The notes under the pieces: generated by a model
What the model saw: the letters and a program-made list of their open reading frames with translations, nothing else
Databases searched by the model: none
What the model was told of the DNA's origin: nothing
Position numbers and translations under genes: made by a program
Assembly (NCBI GenBank): GCA_030324005.1
Contig: JARDVH010000137.1
Span: forward strand, 37,396,341-37,460,340
Length of the DNA: 64,000 nucleotides
Reading direction: 5' to 3'
Origin: Negaprion brevirostris
Taxonomy: Eukaryota
Shown here: positions 13,037 to 24,815 of the stretch, in pieces
Layout of the letters: the number at the start of each line of letters is the position of its first letter
How positions within the stretch are numbered: the first letter of the stretch is position 1

Positions 13037-13289
13037 GTAACCTTTGGAAGTCTAATTGCTTCCTTGAAATTTAACTTTTTCTACTTTTATTTTCCCATAC
13101 CTACTGCAAATCTAAATTTCATTGATTAGTTGAATATTAAAGACGCTGATTCATCTCCAATCAGCATTTTGCATTTCTTACTTCACTAGATCACAAGATA
13201 ATTGCGGTAAGGAAAGCCATTCTTCTTCTCATTTCATGCTCTTAGACGCTGACGTTTTCCATTGTGGTTTATGCATTCCCATATTTAGA

Positions 13290-13580
13290 ATGGCACAGTA
13301 GTTAGCAATGCTGCCTCTCATTGCCAGGAACCTGGATTCAATTCCGGACTCTAGTCACTGTCTGTTTGGAGGTTGCACGTTCTCTCTGTATCTGCATGGG
13401 TTTCCTCCCACGCACCAAAGATATGCGGGTTAGGTTGATTGACCAAGCTAAAATTGCTCCTTAGTTTCAGGGGGACTAGCAGTGTAAATATGTAGGGTTA
13501 AGGGGAGAGGGCGTGGGTGGGATTGCTGTCGGTGCAGGCTTGATGGTCCGATTGGCCTCTCCACTGTTGGGATTCTATAT
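13290..13580 (+). mobile_element. HE1-like V-SINE
   Basis: Head tggcacagtagttagcaatgctgcctc, B-box, V-domain, tail gggattctat. Confidence 0.85.
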
Positions 13581-14519
13581 TTGTCCTGAATCTTAACTAG
13601 ACTTGCTTCTAGAAGTTGGTGAAATGCCTTTTGGAAATTTGGATGTATTACTCTATGGCGTTTCCGTAGTAATCCTCAGCTATCACTACCTGAGAAACCA
13701 ATAGAATGATAGTCATACTGTACAGAAAAGGCCCTTTAGTTCAGTTGTCTGCCCCGACAATATNNNNNNNNNNNNNNNNNNNNNNNNNNNNNNNNNNNNN
13801 NNNNNNNNNNNNNNNNNNNNNNNNNNNNNNNNNNNNNNNNNNNNNNNNNNNNNNNNNNNNNNNCGACAATATGTACCACTAAGGCATGCAATCCTATTTT
13901 CCTGCCTTTGTTCCATGTCCTGGAATATTCCGACATTTCAAGGGTTGGTAACACAATCTTTCCATTTTCTACATTATGTTCACTTGTTACATAGGTTATT
14001 ATTGTACAAACAAATAACTTAATTGAAAACCGTTTTTGTATAGAATTACATGAAATGTGCAGGACAGGAATGGACCCTTTGGCCCAATTGGTCAGTGTTG
14101 TTGTTTATAGTCAACATAAGTCTTCTCCCACTTCTGTTCTTCCAACTCTACTGGAATATTCAATTCCTTTCCCTCTTGTCCTTGCCCAGCTTCCCCTTAA
14201 ATAAGTTAGGCTATTTGCCTCAACTGTTTCTTATATTAGCAGGTTCCACATTCTGGGGAATGGTGTTTTTCTCAAATTCCTTAAATCCATCATGGCTCTT
14301 CATTGTGGTATCTCTACAAATGGAAACATCTCTACATCTACCCCCTCAAACTCAGTCATAATTTTAGACCCAGTAACACTTGAGTTTTCTCGAGTGAAGA
14401 GCAAGGAGCACCAGCTTGTTTAATCCGCTGCCAGGGTGCGATAAAATTGTTAGTTAGGGAACAAGATTTGTAGTGGAAACAGAAAAGAATGTCACAAGTG
14501 GCTTCAACATTTAATTAGA

Positions 14520-14810
14520 GGATATTTCTGTTGATCCACTACAGTGTCAGATACAGTCTGATAATTTAGCAAGTTTGGAGGAGTTGAGGGAGGTGGTGAT
14601 GAGGTAGTGTTAGGGATCATCAGCATACATGTGAAAATTAACCATGCCTTTGGATTACATCACCAAGGAGCAGCATGAAGATAAGAAATAGGAGACGGTC
14701 AAGGATTGATCCTTGACAATGCAGAAGCAGTAAGATCCTTGACAGTAAGAAGCAGAGAATCAATTGGCGAGTGATTCTCTGGCTACAGTTTGATAGGCAA
14801 GAATTACTGA
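14520..14810 (-). mobile_element. L2-type LINE RT fragment
   Basis: Minus-strand translation QGSILDRLLFLIFMLLLGDVIQRHG..FHMYADD. Confidence 0.75.
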
Positions 14811-15199
14811 TGGGTATAGCATCATGCTTTTGTATCTCTGGTACCTCTACATCTCTTTCCTAATAAGATGACCAGAATATCTGCGTCCAATTATAACTGA
14901 ACCAAGGTTTCTGCAAACTTTATTATTTCTCTGGTTTTCAACCCTATCTTAATATGCGAAATAACCATAATGTTTTGTTTTTGTAGCCTTATTAACATTG
15001 GTAACTGCTTTTAGAGATTTGTGTATCTGTAACCCTAGAACCCATTGTTCCTATAGACTTTAAGGAGCCACTTGCTGTTTGGAAAATATATTTCCCATTT
15101 AAAAATGCTGTTGCCTACATTGAAATTCATTTACTAATTGCACCTATTCTTGAAGTTAATCAATGTCTGTTCAATTTTGTCACTTTTGTTTTTGAAGCT

Positions 15200-15550
15200 A
15201 TAACCTCTATCATTTCTTTTAGCTATATCAGGAGTTAACAGGTCAATAAATGTCAGAAGGGGCTGTCTGTCACAGCTTACCCTCTGATTTCAGCTTCTCT
15301 GCCATTCATATCTTTTTATCCTGTCTGGACTGCCATTTCCCCTTGTTTTTGTGGCTGTGACTCATCTTTCATTCCCTCACTCTGCAGTATATCTCTCACT
15401 TTCTATGCCTGTTAGCTTTGACAAAGGTCATCTGGATTCGAAATGTCAGCTCTTTTTCTCTCCTTAGTGATGCTGCCAGACCTGCTGAGATTTTCCAGTA
15501 TTTTCTCTTTTGGTTTCAGATTCAGCAACTGCAGTAATTTGCTTTTATTC
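15200..15550 (+). mobile_element. Penelope-type terminal repeat with a decayed hammerhead core
   Basis: gctTTGACAAaggtcatctggattcGAAAtgtcagc followed by gatgctgccagacctgctgagattttccag, the same family as 5971-6206. Confidence 0.7.
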
Positions 15551-15571
15551 GCTGCGTGTAGTTGAAAGTTT

Positions 15572-15870
15572 TAAAGTTCATTTATTAGTGTCATAAATAT
15601 GCATACATTAACAGTGCAATGAAGCTATTGTGAAAATCCCCTAGTCACCACACTCCAGCGCCTGTTCAGTACACTGAGGAAGAATTTAGCATGGTCAGTG
15701 CACCTAACCAGCATGTCTTTTTGGCTGTGGGAGGAAACTGGAGCACTTGAAGGAAACCCATGCAGACACGGGGAGAATGTACAGACTTCACACAGACAGT
15801 GACCCAAGCCGGGAATCAAACCCAGGTCCCTGGCACTCTGAGGCAGCAGTGCTAACCACTGTGCCACCCC
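15572..15870 (-). mobile_element. V-SINE variant with alternative (non-CR1) tail, full length
   Basis: HE1-type head and V-domain, but tail reads aggcgctggagtgtggtgactaggggattttcac...cttcattgcactgttaatgt...tgacactaataaa. Confidence 0.85.
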
Positions 15871-16542
15871 TATAGGGCTAATTCTTGGATTATGACAGCA
15901 GTTAAATATTTTGCATCAGTCATGCCTCCTGTGGATCATGTTAATGTTTCAACTTAAGTGTACTTGGGTTGAATAACATTTTGTTTTGAAGAAATATGGA
16001 GGTAAGGTAGAATAATGGAGTGAGAAGATCAACTGTGATCATAATTGAATGGTAGAGAAGGCTTAAAACTATTCAGATAGAAGAAATCTCTCAGTAGGTG
16101 GGAATTTGAGTTTGAATGATACGCATCCAAGTGGACCAAAATGGAAAGGTGCTGGGGGTCATTTTCCATAAGTTCAATAGCTCAGTGCAGTATGGGATAA
16201 TCTCTTAGATGGAGGTTTATTTGTACTTCCAATTTTCAAAAACGGGACAACTCGGCGTCAGAAGACCACAGGCACGTCAACCTGACATCCATCATTGGGA
16301 AGATGCTGGAAGTGATCCTAAGAGAAATTTGTTGTAAGAGACGTTATAAGCCGATCACTGGGAAACGGAAGGGTCCATAGGAGAACCTCAACACACGAGA
16401 GGATTTTTTAATGTACCTGGGGAAGAAGTTAGTTAACCAATTGAATGTAATAGAATTGACGTTGTTTACCTGGACTTTACAGAAGCCTTTAAGTACAATT
16501 GAATGTTTTTCCTGTCCTGCTATTTACGTTTTTTTGTTACAG

Positions 16543-16637
16543 AATTGTAGTAGTTCTGGATTCCATGATTAAAGTCTTCACGTTCACTCACAATCCTCAT
16601 CAGCTGCATGTATTTGAGACCTGCTACAACCCCAAAG
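16543..16637 (+). CDS. WDR45B: WDR45B coding exon 5 (95 bp): (R)[31 protein letters not shown](G), GC donor
   Basis: ttacag acceptor; homology and the phase of exon 6 require the boundary aaag|gcaagt; visible in ORF 16499..16714. Confidence 0.95.
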
Positions 16638-18654
16638 GCAAGTTAGTTTTTTATCAGAGAATTCAGAGCCAGAGTATTTTTATAGTGTTCACATCTTTCA
16701 TCATTGTGCTCTAAATTTAGTTTATCTCTATAGGTGACCATAGCAGTGAAAAATTAAACTTCTGTCCTTGTTTGGGTCGTAGACATTCCTATGGTGGATT
16801 TGCAGGTGNNNNNNNNNNNNNNNNNNNNNNNNNNNNNNNNNNNNNNNNNNNNNNNNNNNNNNNNNNNNNNNNNNNNNNNNNNNNNNNNNNNNNNNNNNNN
16901 NNNNNNNNNNNNAGGAAGGATAAAAAATAAAAACGTGGAGTAAATACTTAATACGTTTTGGGTAATAGCACCTTAGAGAATTGGGTTTCCTGGTGTATAG
17001 GTGAAGTCAGTTTAATATTTGAAAACAGCAAATAAACCTGCATTTATAATAAACTACCTTGTGAATTTTAAGCTGTTTACAGCCTTGGTGAAATCTGCAA
17101 TATTTCAGTTTTGTTTCTCCTTTATTATATATGGAATTCTTAAATTTTGACAGACCCTAATGCTTAAAAATGAGAGGGCTGATTTATAAAACGTTATTGA
17201 TCCTGGGCTCTTGACTCAAATAAGTAAGGAACAACTGGATGGAGGCTGTATTACAATTTCAAGGATGAGGGCATGAAAATAAAATACTTTAGTCACGATT
17301 TTAATACTATAAAATTGTTGTTGGTAAGTAGGATTCCAGTTTGAAAATCACAGTATGGAACTTGATGTGATCTTTGGAAGAGTAGGCTAGATTGCAGCTT
17401 GGGACATGACTTTATGTAAGTGTCTAAGCCTGGCTTTATTGCCTGAGGTGAAGGGCCATTGGACCAAAAAATGGAGCCAGACTGTTGCTTTGGACCTCAA
17501 ACTGGACTTGGAGTAATGATTCAAGAAAACCTAAATGGAGAGAGGAATTAAAGGTGAAAATCAATTATTTCAGCAAGTGTTTTTTTTTCTCCTCTTTTTA
17601 TGCAACTCATTTATTATAAGTTGTCATTTGCCACTTTGGTGTCTAACATCAGTGAAATCTTGGTTCGATGCAATATTTTGTAGTAGACAAGTTAAAAGTT
17701 CTGAGGGTCGTAAGTCTCTGAACTCTTACTCAAAATGCAATGAAAACAAAATCTTTCACCTTGTTTTTAAAAATTGTCAGGGGAAGGTAAGAATGTGAGG
17801 TTGAAGTTGTAAGCGGATCGGCCACGACCATGTTGAATAGTGAAGGAGGCTTGAGAGTCTGAGTGGCTTCCTCCTGTTCCTAATTCATATGTTTGTAACA
17901 CTTGCATTTTTAACTATATTGTGAACAATGATTTTAGTGTGTTTGGGGAAACTAATAGATCGATAAGTGTAACTTCTTTTCATCACTTGCTTAGCATTGT
18001 AAAAAGATAATACGCACAGTGATTTTTATCCTGTACATTCTCCATGCACAAGACATTGGATGGGTGGTGCTCAGAGGCAACCAGCTGCATGCTCAGAGGC
18101 TACAGAGGTGCTATAGTGCATTTGTGTACGTGTAGGCACGCCACAAACCACTTGATAATCTTAAATTGTCCAAATGCGGCCACAATCTTGGTTTGTGGGA
18201 GTCTGATAGCTTCCACCTAATAAAATATTTGCTGTGTATTTTCATTTTAATTCTCAGTCTTTCAGCAATACAGACTTCAGTAGTTTGGATTTTTAACCAG
18301 ATTAAAATCATCTGCAAAGGGAGTGATTCTATGAAATTAGTGCTAATAAAAAAACTCAATTAATTAAAATACAGTACTCTGAAATTCTTGTTAATTGGCT
18401 CTTAGCAATACACTTGATTGTGAAATGAGTGAACGTAGAGCATTTCACAAGGATGTTACTAGTTAATTGACTGTAGTTCTCAATGCGCAGACTATTTTTC
18501 TATTTCCATATTTAGTGTGAGGCTGTTATAAAACAGGTGTCATCTGATTACTGTTCTCATCAAATTACCTGTCCACCAATTGCAGCACTTGAACCTGCTA
18601 TTATATAATGCTTTTTTTAAACTCGCCACAGCATTTTTCCTAGCTCCAAAAATT

Positions 18655-18945
18655 ATAAGAATCCTACCATGCAGGAGGAGTCTGCACTGACCGCAATCCC
18701 ACCCAGATCCTTTCCCTGTAACCCCACATATTTACCCTAGCTAGTCCCCCTGATACTAAAGGGCAATTTAGCATGGTCAATCAGCCGAACCCACATATCT
18801 TTGGACTGTGGGAAGTAGCTGGAGCACCTGGAGGAAATCCACGCAGAAACGGGGCAAATGTGCAAACTCCATGCAGACAGTGACCCAAGCCGGGAATTGA
18901 ACCCGGGTCCGTGGGGCAGTGAGGCACAGTGCTATCATGCTGCCC
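18655..18945 (-). mobile_element. HE1-like V-SINE
   Basis: Head, B-box ggttcaattcc, V-domain, CR1-type tail. Confidence 0.85.
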
Positions 18946-19469
18946 TGCTTTTTACCCGATTTGTGGTTGGCAGTGATTTTGGTCCTGGTACTAGCATGTG
19001 TACTGTACCCCAGCTGAGCCAGATCGTGATATCCATCACTGTATGCGTAAGGCAGGCTTGGCATGCTTTTGGAATGTAACCCCAGCTGTTTTCCCTCAGA
19101 CATTCAGTTCTTTTTAATCTTGCTTGATCTGTTATGCGAAGGTGGAACATTGTATTCACAGAATCCTTAGGCTATGTTTTGGCCCATTNNNNNNNNNNNN
19201 NNNNNNNNNNNNNNNNNNNNNNCTTCTCCCCATAACCCTGCATTTTACTGTGGCTGATGTTATTTCCGCCACCCTTCCACCACTACCCCTGCCACCACCA
19301 AGGCACTTGACTCATATATTTGCCCCTCTGGAATGGCCAAGTGAGACACTTGGCTTAAGGGGCAATGGGGGATGGGAACAAATGCCATCCACATCCAATG
19401 GAAGAAAAGATATATAACAAAATAGCATTATTTTTGTTGCATTTTTGATTTATTTTGATTAAGGAAAAA

Positions 19470-20530
19470 AAGTACACGTGTCGGGCACTTCGGCCCTCCT
19501 AGCCTGTGCAGATCATAATGCCCTAACTAATCTTAAATAAAAACCATCTGCCCTTATTCGTTCTAATATCAGGCTATTCTCTCCCTATTCATGTACCCAT
19601 CTAGCTGTTTCTTAAATGCCTGCTTCCACCATGTCCTCTGGCAGCACGTTCCAGGCACCCACCACTCTGCGTGAAAAACTTCACCTGCACATTTTCCCTT
19701 AAACTTTCCCCCTCTCACCTTGAATCTATGCCCCTTGTGATTGATACTTCCTACCTTGGAAAAGGCCTCTGACCACCCATTCTGCCAATGCCTTGCATGC
19801 TGTTGTAGACCTCTATCAGGTCTCCCCTCAGTCTCCATGTTTCCAATGAAAACAATCCTAGTTTATTCAATCTCTCCTCATAGTCAACACCTTTGAAACC
19901 AGGCAACATCCTGGTCTACCTTCTTTGTACTCTCTCCAAAGCTTTCTTGTCCTTCTCTTTAGTGTGGTGAACAGAACTGCTGGCAATACTCCAAATGCGG
20001 CCTAACCAAGGTTTTATTTGGCTGCAACATTATTTCCCGATTCTTGTACTTGATGCCTCAGCTATCCATCTAGCTAGCCCACCCCAAATCCCATATGATT
20101 TTAGTTTTTCTATCAGCCCGCCATGTGGGATCTTGTCAAATGTCTTACAAACAACATCCACAGCCCAATCCTCGTCAATTATTGTCATCACCTCTGCAAA
20201 AAATTCAATAAAGTCGGTGAAACGTGTCCTTCCCCGTACAAACCGTGCTGCTTGTCACTAACCNNNNNNNNNNNNNNNNNNNNNNNNNNNNNNNNNNNNN
20301 NNNNNNNNNNNNNCTTCTCAAAGCTTCCTCACCAGCCTATAATTTTCTAGATCAGCCCTGCTTCCTTTCTTAAACAAGAGAACAACATTGACTATTCTCC
20401 AATCCTCTGGAACATTGCTCGTGGTCAAAGAGGATGTGAAGATATCTGTTAAGGCTGCAGCTATTCCTCCCTTGTCGCTGGTAGCAACCTGGGATAGATT
20501 CCATCTGGCCCTGGGGACTTGTCTACCTTA
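19470..20530 (-). mobile_element. CR1-type LINE 3' portion, degenerate
   Basis: ORF 19569..19838 has GHRFKVRGGKFKG...AFKKQLDGYMNRE; RT-region remnants at 20100-20530. Confidence 0.85.
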
Positions 20531-21156
20531 ATTACAGGAAAATAAATTGTTTTCAAACACCAATTAAACTGGAGCATAATATAAAGAAGCTTATTAAATA
20601 TCTAAAGAGATATTAAATACTTAAGAATTTGACTAGACTTTAAGCATTTGCACAAAAAGGTCACTACTTGTGTAAACTGATGCACCAAAAGTGTCATGTC
20701 ATTCATGTGCCTGACAGAGTTTAAAATGAAGATGCAATTACATTGCCTGCAGCTTGAATCTTGTGATTTTTTTTTTTCAAATGAAGTTAATGGAACTTCT
20801 AGAAGCATTAGATTAAAAAAGACTATCATGCATTAATGTGACCCCTGAGATTAGAGGCCTGCTAGTGATTTAAAACATTTTGACCAATTTTAGTGGAATT
20901 TTTTCAAAGTGTTGCATGAGGTTGAGGGAATTAATGTTATCCATTTGGATTTTGGGAAGCATGTGTCTATGGTGTAGAATGTTGACCGCATGAATGCTCT
21001 ACTGGAAGCTAGATAGCAAGGTGGTAGTATCTGGAGGGATGCAAGAGCACAGTTGCGTGATAGTTGGCTCCTGTATGGAGTTCTATGTTGCTTGAGACTT
21101 TTAAAAATGATTTGAGGATGGAATATAGTTCTGCAAGTTTTATAGAACCACTTGTA

Positions 21157-21467
21157 GGTGGCACAGTGACTAGCACTGCAGTCTCTCAATGTCAGGGACA
21201 CGGGTTCAATTCCGGACTCGGGTCACTGCCTGTGTGGAATTTGCATGTTCTCCGTCCCTGCCTGGGTTTCCTCCAGGTGCTCCAGTTTCCTCCCATACTC
21301 CAAAGATCTCTGGGAGAAGTTGATTGACCATGCTAAATTGTCCGAGTATCAGGGAGATTAGCAGGGTAAATGCGTGAGGTTATGGGCATAGGGCCTAGAT
21401 GGGATTGTTGTCATTGTAGGCTCGGTGGGCTGAATGGCCTCTTTCTGCACTGTAGGGATTCTATGAA
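21157..21467 (+). mobile_element. HE1-like V-SINE
   Basis: ggtggcacagtgactagcactgc head; tail ctgcactgtagggattctatg. Confidence 0.85.
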
Positions 21468-21714
21468 AATGGATACTGAGGCCGTTGATAGCATGCCTTA
21501 ATTCAAATGGACCTTAAAAGACTATGTAAATAAATAGAGGCACGACCCAAGAAAATTCAATATGGGTAAATGCTCTTTTCAGCATGTATTCTGTTTCCTA
21601 ATGTCTTAATGTGTATGTACTGTTTCTAAATTGAGCTAAATTTATTGTACCCAGGGGAAACCAGGCTTCCTTTTATATATCTTTGCAAAAGTAAATAACA
21701 CTGTAACCTGATTT

Positions 21715-23800
21715 AACTGGAATGAAAATTCTGGAAGATCTCAGCAAGTCTAACAGTACCTATTGGGAGAGAATTGAGTCTACGTGTCCCTTTTTTTTTT
21801 TTGTCAGCNNNGACAGGAGCCCGTCCCCAGTGCCTAAACAGATTCGTTCTACCCACATTCGGTCCACGTCCACCACCTCCATGCCCCCCCCCCCACTTTT
21901 GATCTCTTCATCGAGAACTTGGTGTGACATTGGCTGTCTCAATTTCTATGTTCCTCTTAATCACTCTAATTTGTCGCCTTCCTAACTTGGTGCACTTTGC
22001 TCTCTTAGATCAAAACCCACTGACAAGGGCGGTGCTGTTATTGTTTGGCTTTCAGACCTCTACCTTGCAGAGGCTGAGTGCCAACTCTTGGATGCTTCCT
22101 CCTATGTCCCCCTGGACCACAACCCAACCACTGAACATCAAGCCCCCATTTCCACGACTGTCAATAACCTCACTCCTCTGGAGATCTTCCTTCCACAGCC
22201 CCCCAACCTCAGTTTCCCACTTCTACTTCCTTTTCCAAAATCCATAGACAGGATTGCCCTGGTAGACCTGTTGTGTCAGCCTGTTCCTGCCCCATAACTC
22301 ATTTCCTCCTCTTGAGTCCATTCTCTTTCCCTTTGTCCAGTCCCCTCCCACCTACATCCATGATTCCTCTGATGCCCTACGCCACATCAATGACTCCCAG
22401 TTTCCAGGCCCAAACACCATGGATGTTCAATCCTTCTACGTTGCCACTCCCCACCAGGATAGCCTCAGCTCTCTGATTCTTCCTCTAACAGATCTGAGCA
22501 ATCTCCATCCACCACCACTCCTTTGTCTGGCTGAACTAGCTCTCTTGCTCAACAGTTTGTCCTTTTTAACCCATCTCGCTTCCTCCAAATAAAAGGTGTG
22601 GCTATGGGACCTGCATGGGTCCCAGTTATGCCTGTTTCATTATGGTTTATGTGGAGATTCCCTGTTCCAGTCCTCCTCTGGACCTTCCCACAACTCCTTT
22701 ATCAGTACATCAACGACCATTTCGACGCTGTTTCATGCTCTTGTCTGGACCTGGAAAAAAATATCAATTTTGCTTCTAGTTTCCACCCTTCTATCACCTT
22801 CACATGGTGCACCTCTGACACTTCTCTTCCCTCCCTTGATTTCTGTCTCTATTTCTGGTGATAAATTATCCATTAGTTTCCATTGCAAGCTCACTGACTC
22901 CCATAACTACGTTGACTACAGTTCTTCATGCCCCACATCCTGTAAGGACTCCATCCCATTCTCTCAGTTCCTTCACCTCTGCCGTATCTGTTCTGATGAT
23001 GCCACTTTCCAAAGTAGTGCTACTAATATGTCTTCTGTCTTCCTCAATCGTGGTTGATGGGGCTCTCTACTACATCTAACCCATCCCCTGGGCCACTGGT
23101 CTCACCCCCTCCCTTCTCAGAACCAGGGTAGGGTTCTCCTTGTCCTCACTTTTCACCCCACCAGTCTCCACGTTCAAAGGATCATCCACTGCCGTTTCTG
23201 CCAACACCACGATGCCATTACTCGACCCATCTTCCTCTGATTCTTGTTAGCAAGCCGCAGGATGTCTCTCCGGGACATCCTGGTCCATTCCTCCGTCACA
23301 CCAACACCTCACCCCTGCCATGGCACCTTCCCATTCAGTCATAGAAGGTGCAACACCTGCCCCTTTACCTCCTCCCTGCTCACTATGCCAGGTCCTAAAC
23401 AGGTGAAGCAGTGCTTCAGATGCACCTCCTTTTAACCTGGTCTGTTGCGTTAGCTGCTCCCAATGCAGCCTAATCTACACTGGAGAGGCCAAATGCAGAC
23501 CGGGTGACCGCTTTGCTGAACACCTTCGGTCTGTCCGCAAGCAAGACCCAGACCTTCCTGTCACTTGCCACTTCAACACACCATCCTGCTGTCCTGTCCA
23601 CATGCAAAAGGCCAAGGACCAGCAATGTTGTAATGAACCCCAACACAAATTGGAGGAACAGCATCTACCACTCTGACAAACGGTCATCTACGCTTGAAAC
23701 ATTGGCTCTATTCTCTCCTCACAGATGCTATCAGACCTGTTGAGATTTTCCAGCATTTTCTGTTTTGTTTCAGATTCCAGCATCCGCACTATTTTGCTTC
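21715..23800 (+). mobile_element. Degenerate Penelope-like retroelement (RT + GIY-YIG) with inverted terminal repeats
   Basis: Frameshifted motifs KGVAMGP, YIND (YIDD-like), KLTDSHNYVDYSSS.PTSCKDSIPFSQFLHLCRICS, and GIY-YIG-like CSQCSLIYTGEAKCRPGDRFAEHLRSVRK. 21717-21790 is a reverse complement of about 23695-23765. Confidence 0.9.
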
Positions 23801-23849
23801 AACCTTATTTAACTATTGTTTTGTCTTATCTCCTCTGCCTTCCTTCCAG

Positions 23850-24047
23850 GATTGTGTGTTCTTTGTCCAAACAGCAACAATNNNNNNNNNNCTCCGAGCA
23901 TTTCCAGGAACACATACTGGACGTGTGCAAATAGTGGACCTTGCCAGCACAGAAAAGCCCCCAGTAGACATACCTGCACATGAAGGAGTTCTCAGCTGTA
24001 TTGCTTTAAACCTTCAGGGGACACGTATTGCCACTGCTTCAGAAAAG
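23850..24047 (+). CDS. WDR45B: WDR45B coding exon 6 (10-N gap inside): (G)[10 protein letters not shown][gap][52 protein letters not shown]
   Basis: ttccag acceptor at 23848-23849; donor aag|gtaagt at 24048. The N-run 23882-23891 stands in for about one codon. Confidence 0.95.
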
Positions 24048-24074
24048 GTAAGTTTCCTTTTTTAAAAAAAGGAT

Positions 24075-24815
24075 TCAAAAACTGAGAATGCTGGAAAATC
24101 TCAGCAGGTCTGTCAGCATTTGTGGACCAAGACTGATTGACCTTTTGTCAGAGCTAAAGAAAACTGGAAATAGGATGAGATGATACTGATATTTGGGGGT
24201 TGGGGCGGGGTAGATGGGTGGAGTGAAGCAATATGGGGCTGGATAGAAGGCCAGTGACAAGTGGAGGCTCAGGAGAGAACTCCCCCGAGCAGCCTCCTAT
24301 TGCTGGTCCTCTATTCAGCCCCTACTGCTACACCTCCTTCCTCCTCCCCTTCAACGGTATGAATCTCATCCTATTTCCAGTTCTGTTTAGCTTTCAAGTC
24401 CTTCAGACTTGAATCATCAGCTCTCTCTACAGATGCTATCAGACCTGCTGAGATTTTCCAGCATTTTTATAGAATCATAGAATCCCTACTGTGCAGAAGT
24501 AGGCCGTNNNNNNNNNNCCTGCACTGACAATCTCATCCAGGACCTATCCCCATAAATCCATGTATTTATCCTGCTAATCTGTCTCACACAAGGGTCAATT
24601 TAGCATGGTCAATCCAATTAACCCACACAGCTTTGGACTGTGGGAGGAAACGAAGGGAAACCCACGCAGATGGGAAGAACATTTAAACACCACACAGTCA
24701 CCCGAGGCTGGAATTGAATCTGGGGCTCTGGTGCTGTGAGGCAATGCTAAACACTGTGCTGTCTATTTTCTGCTTTTGTTTCGGATTCCAGCATCTGTTG
24801 TAATTTGTTTTTATC
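24075..24815. mobile_element. Palindromic Penelope-type element with a nested HE1 SINE (24468-24760, minus)
   Basis: 24077-24190 pairs with 24355-24467; the terminal repeat resumes at about 24763 after the SINE. Confidence 0.75.

Noticed and set aside
15410-15455. Hammerhead-like cores in the other hairpin family (also about 6108 and 23673)
   Set aside because: The catalytic CUGANGA is altered (UUGACAA or CUGACAA), so they are treated as decayed and not called as ribozymes.
23850-24047. Apparent frameshift in WDR45B exon 6 suggesting a pseudogene
   Set aside because: The shift is caused by a 10-N placeholder replacing about 3 nt. All other exons and splice sites are intact.
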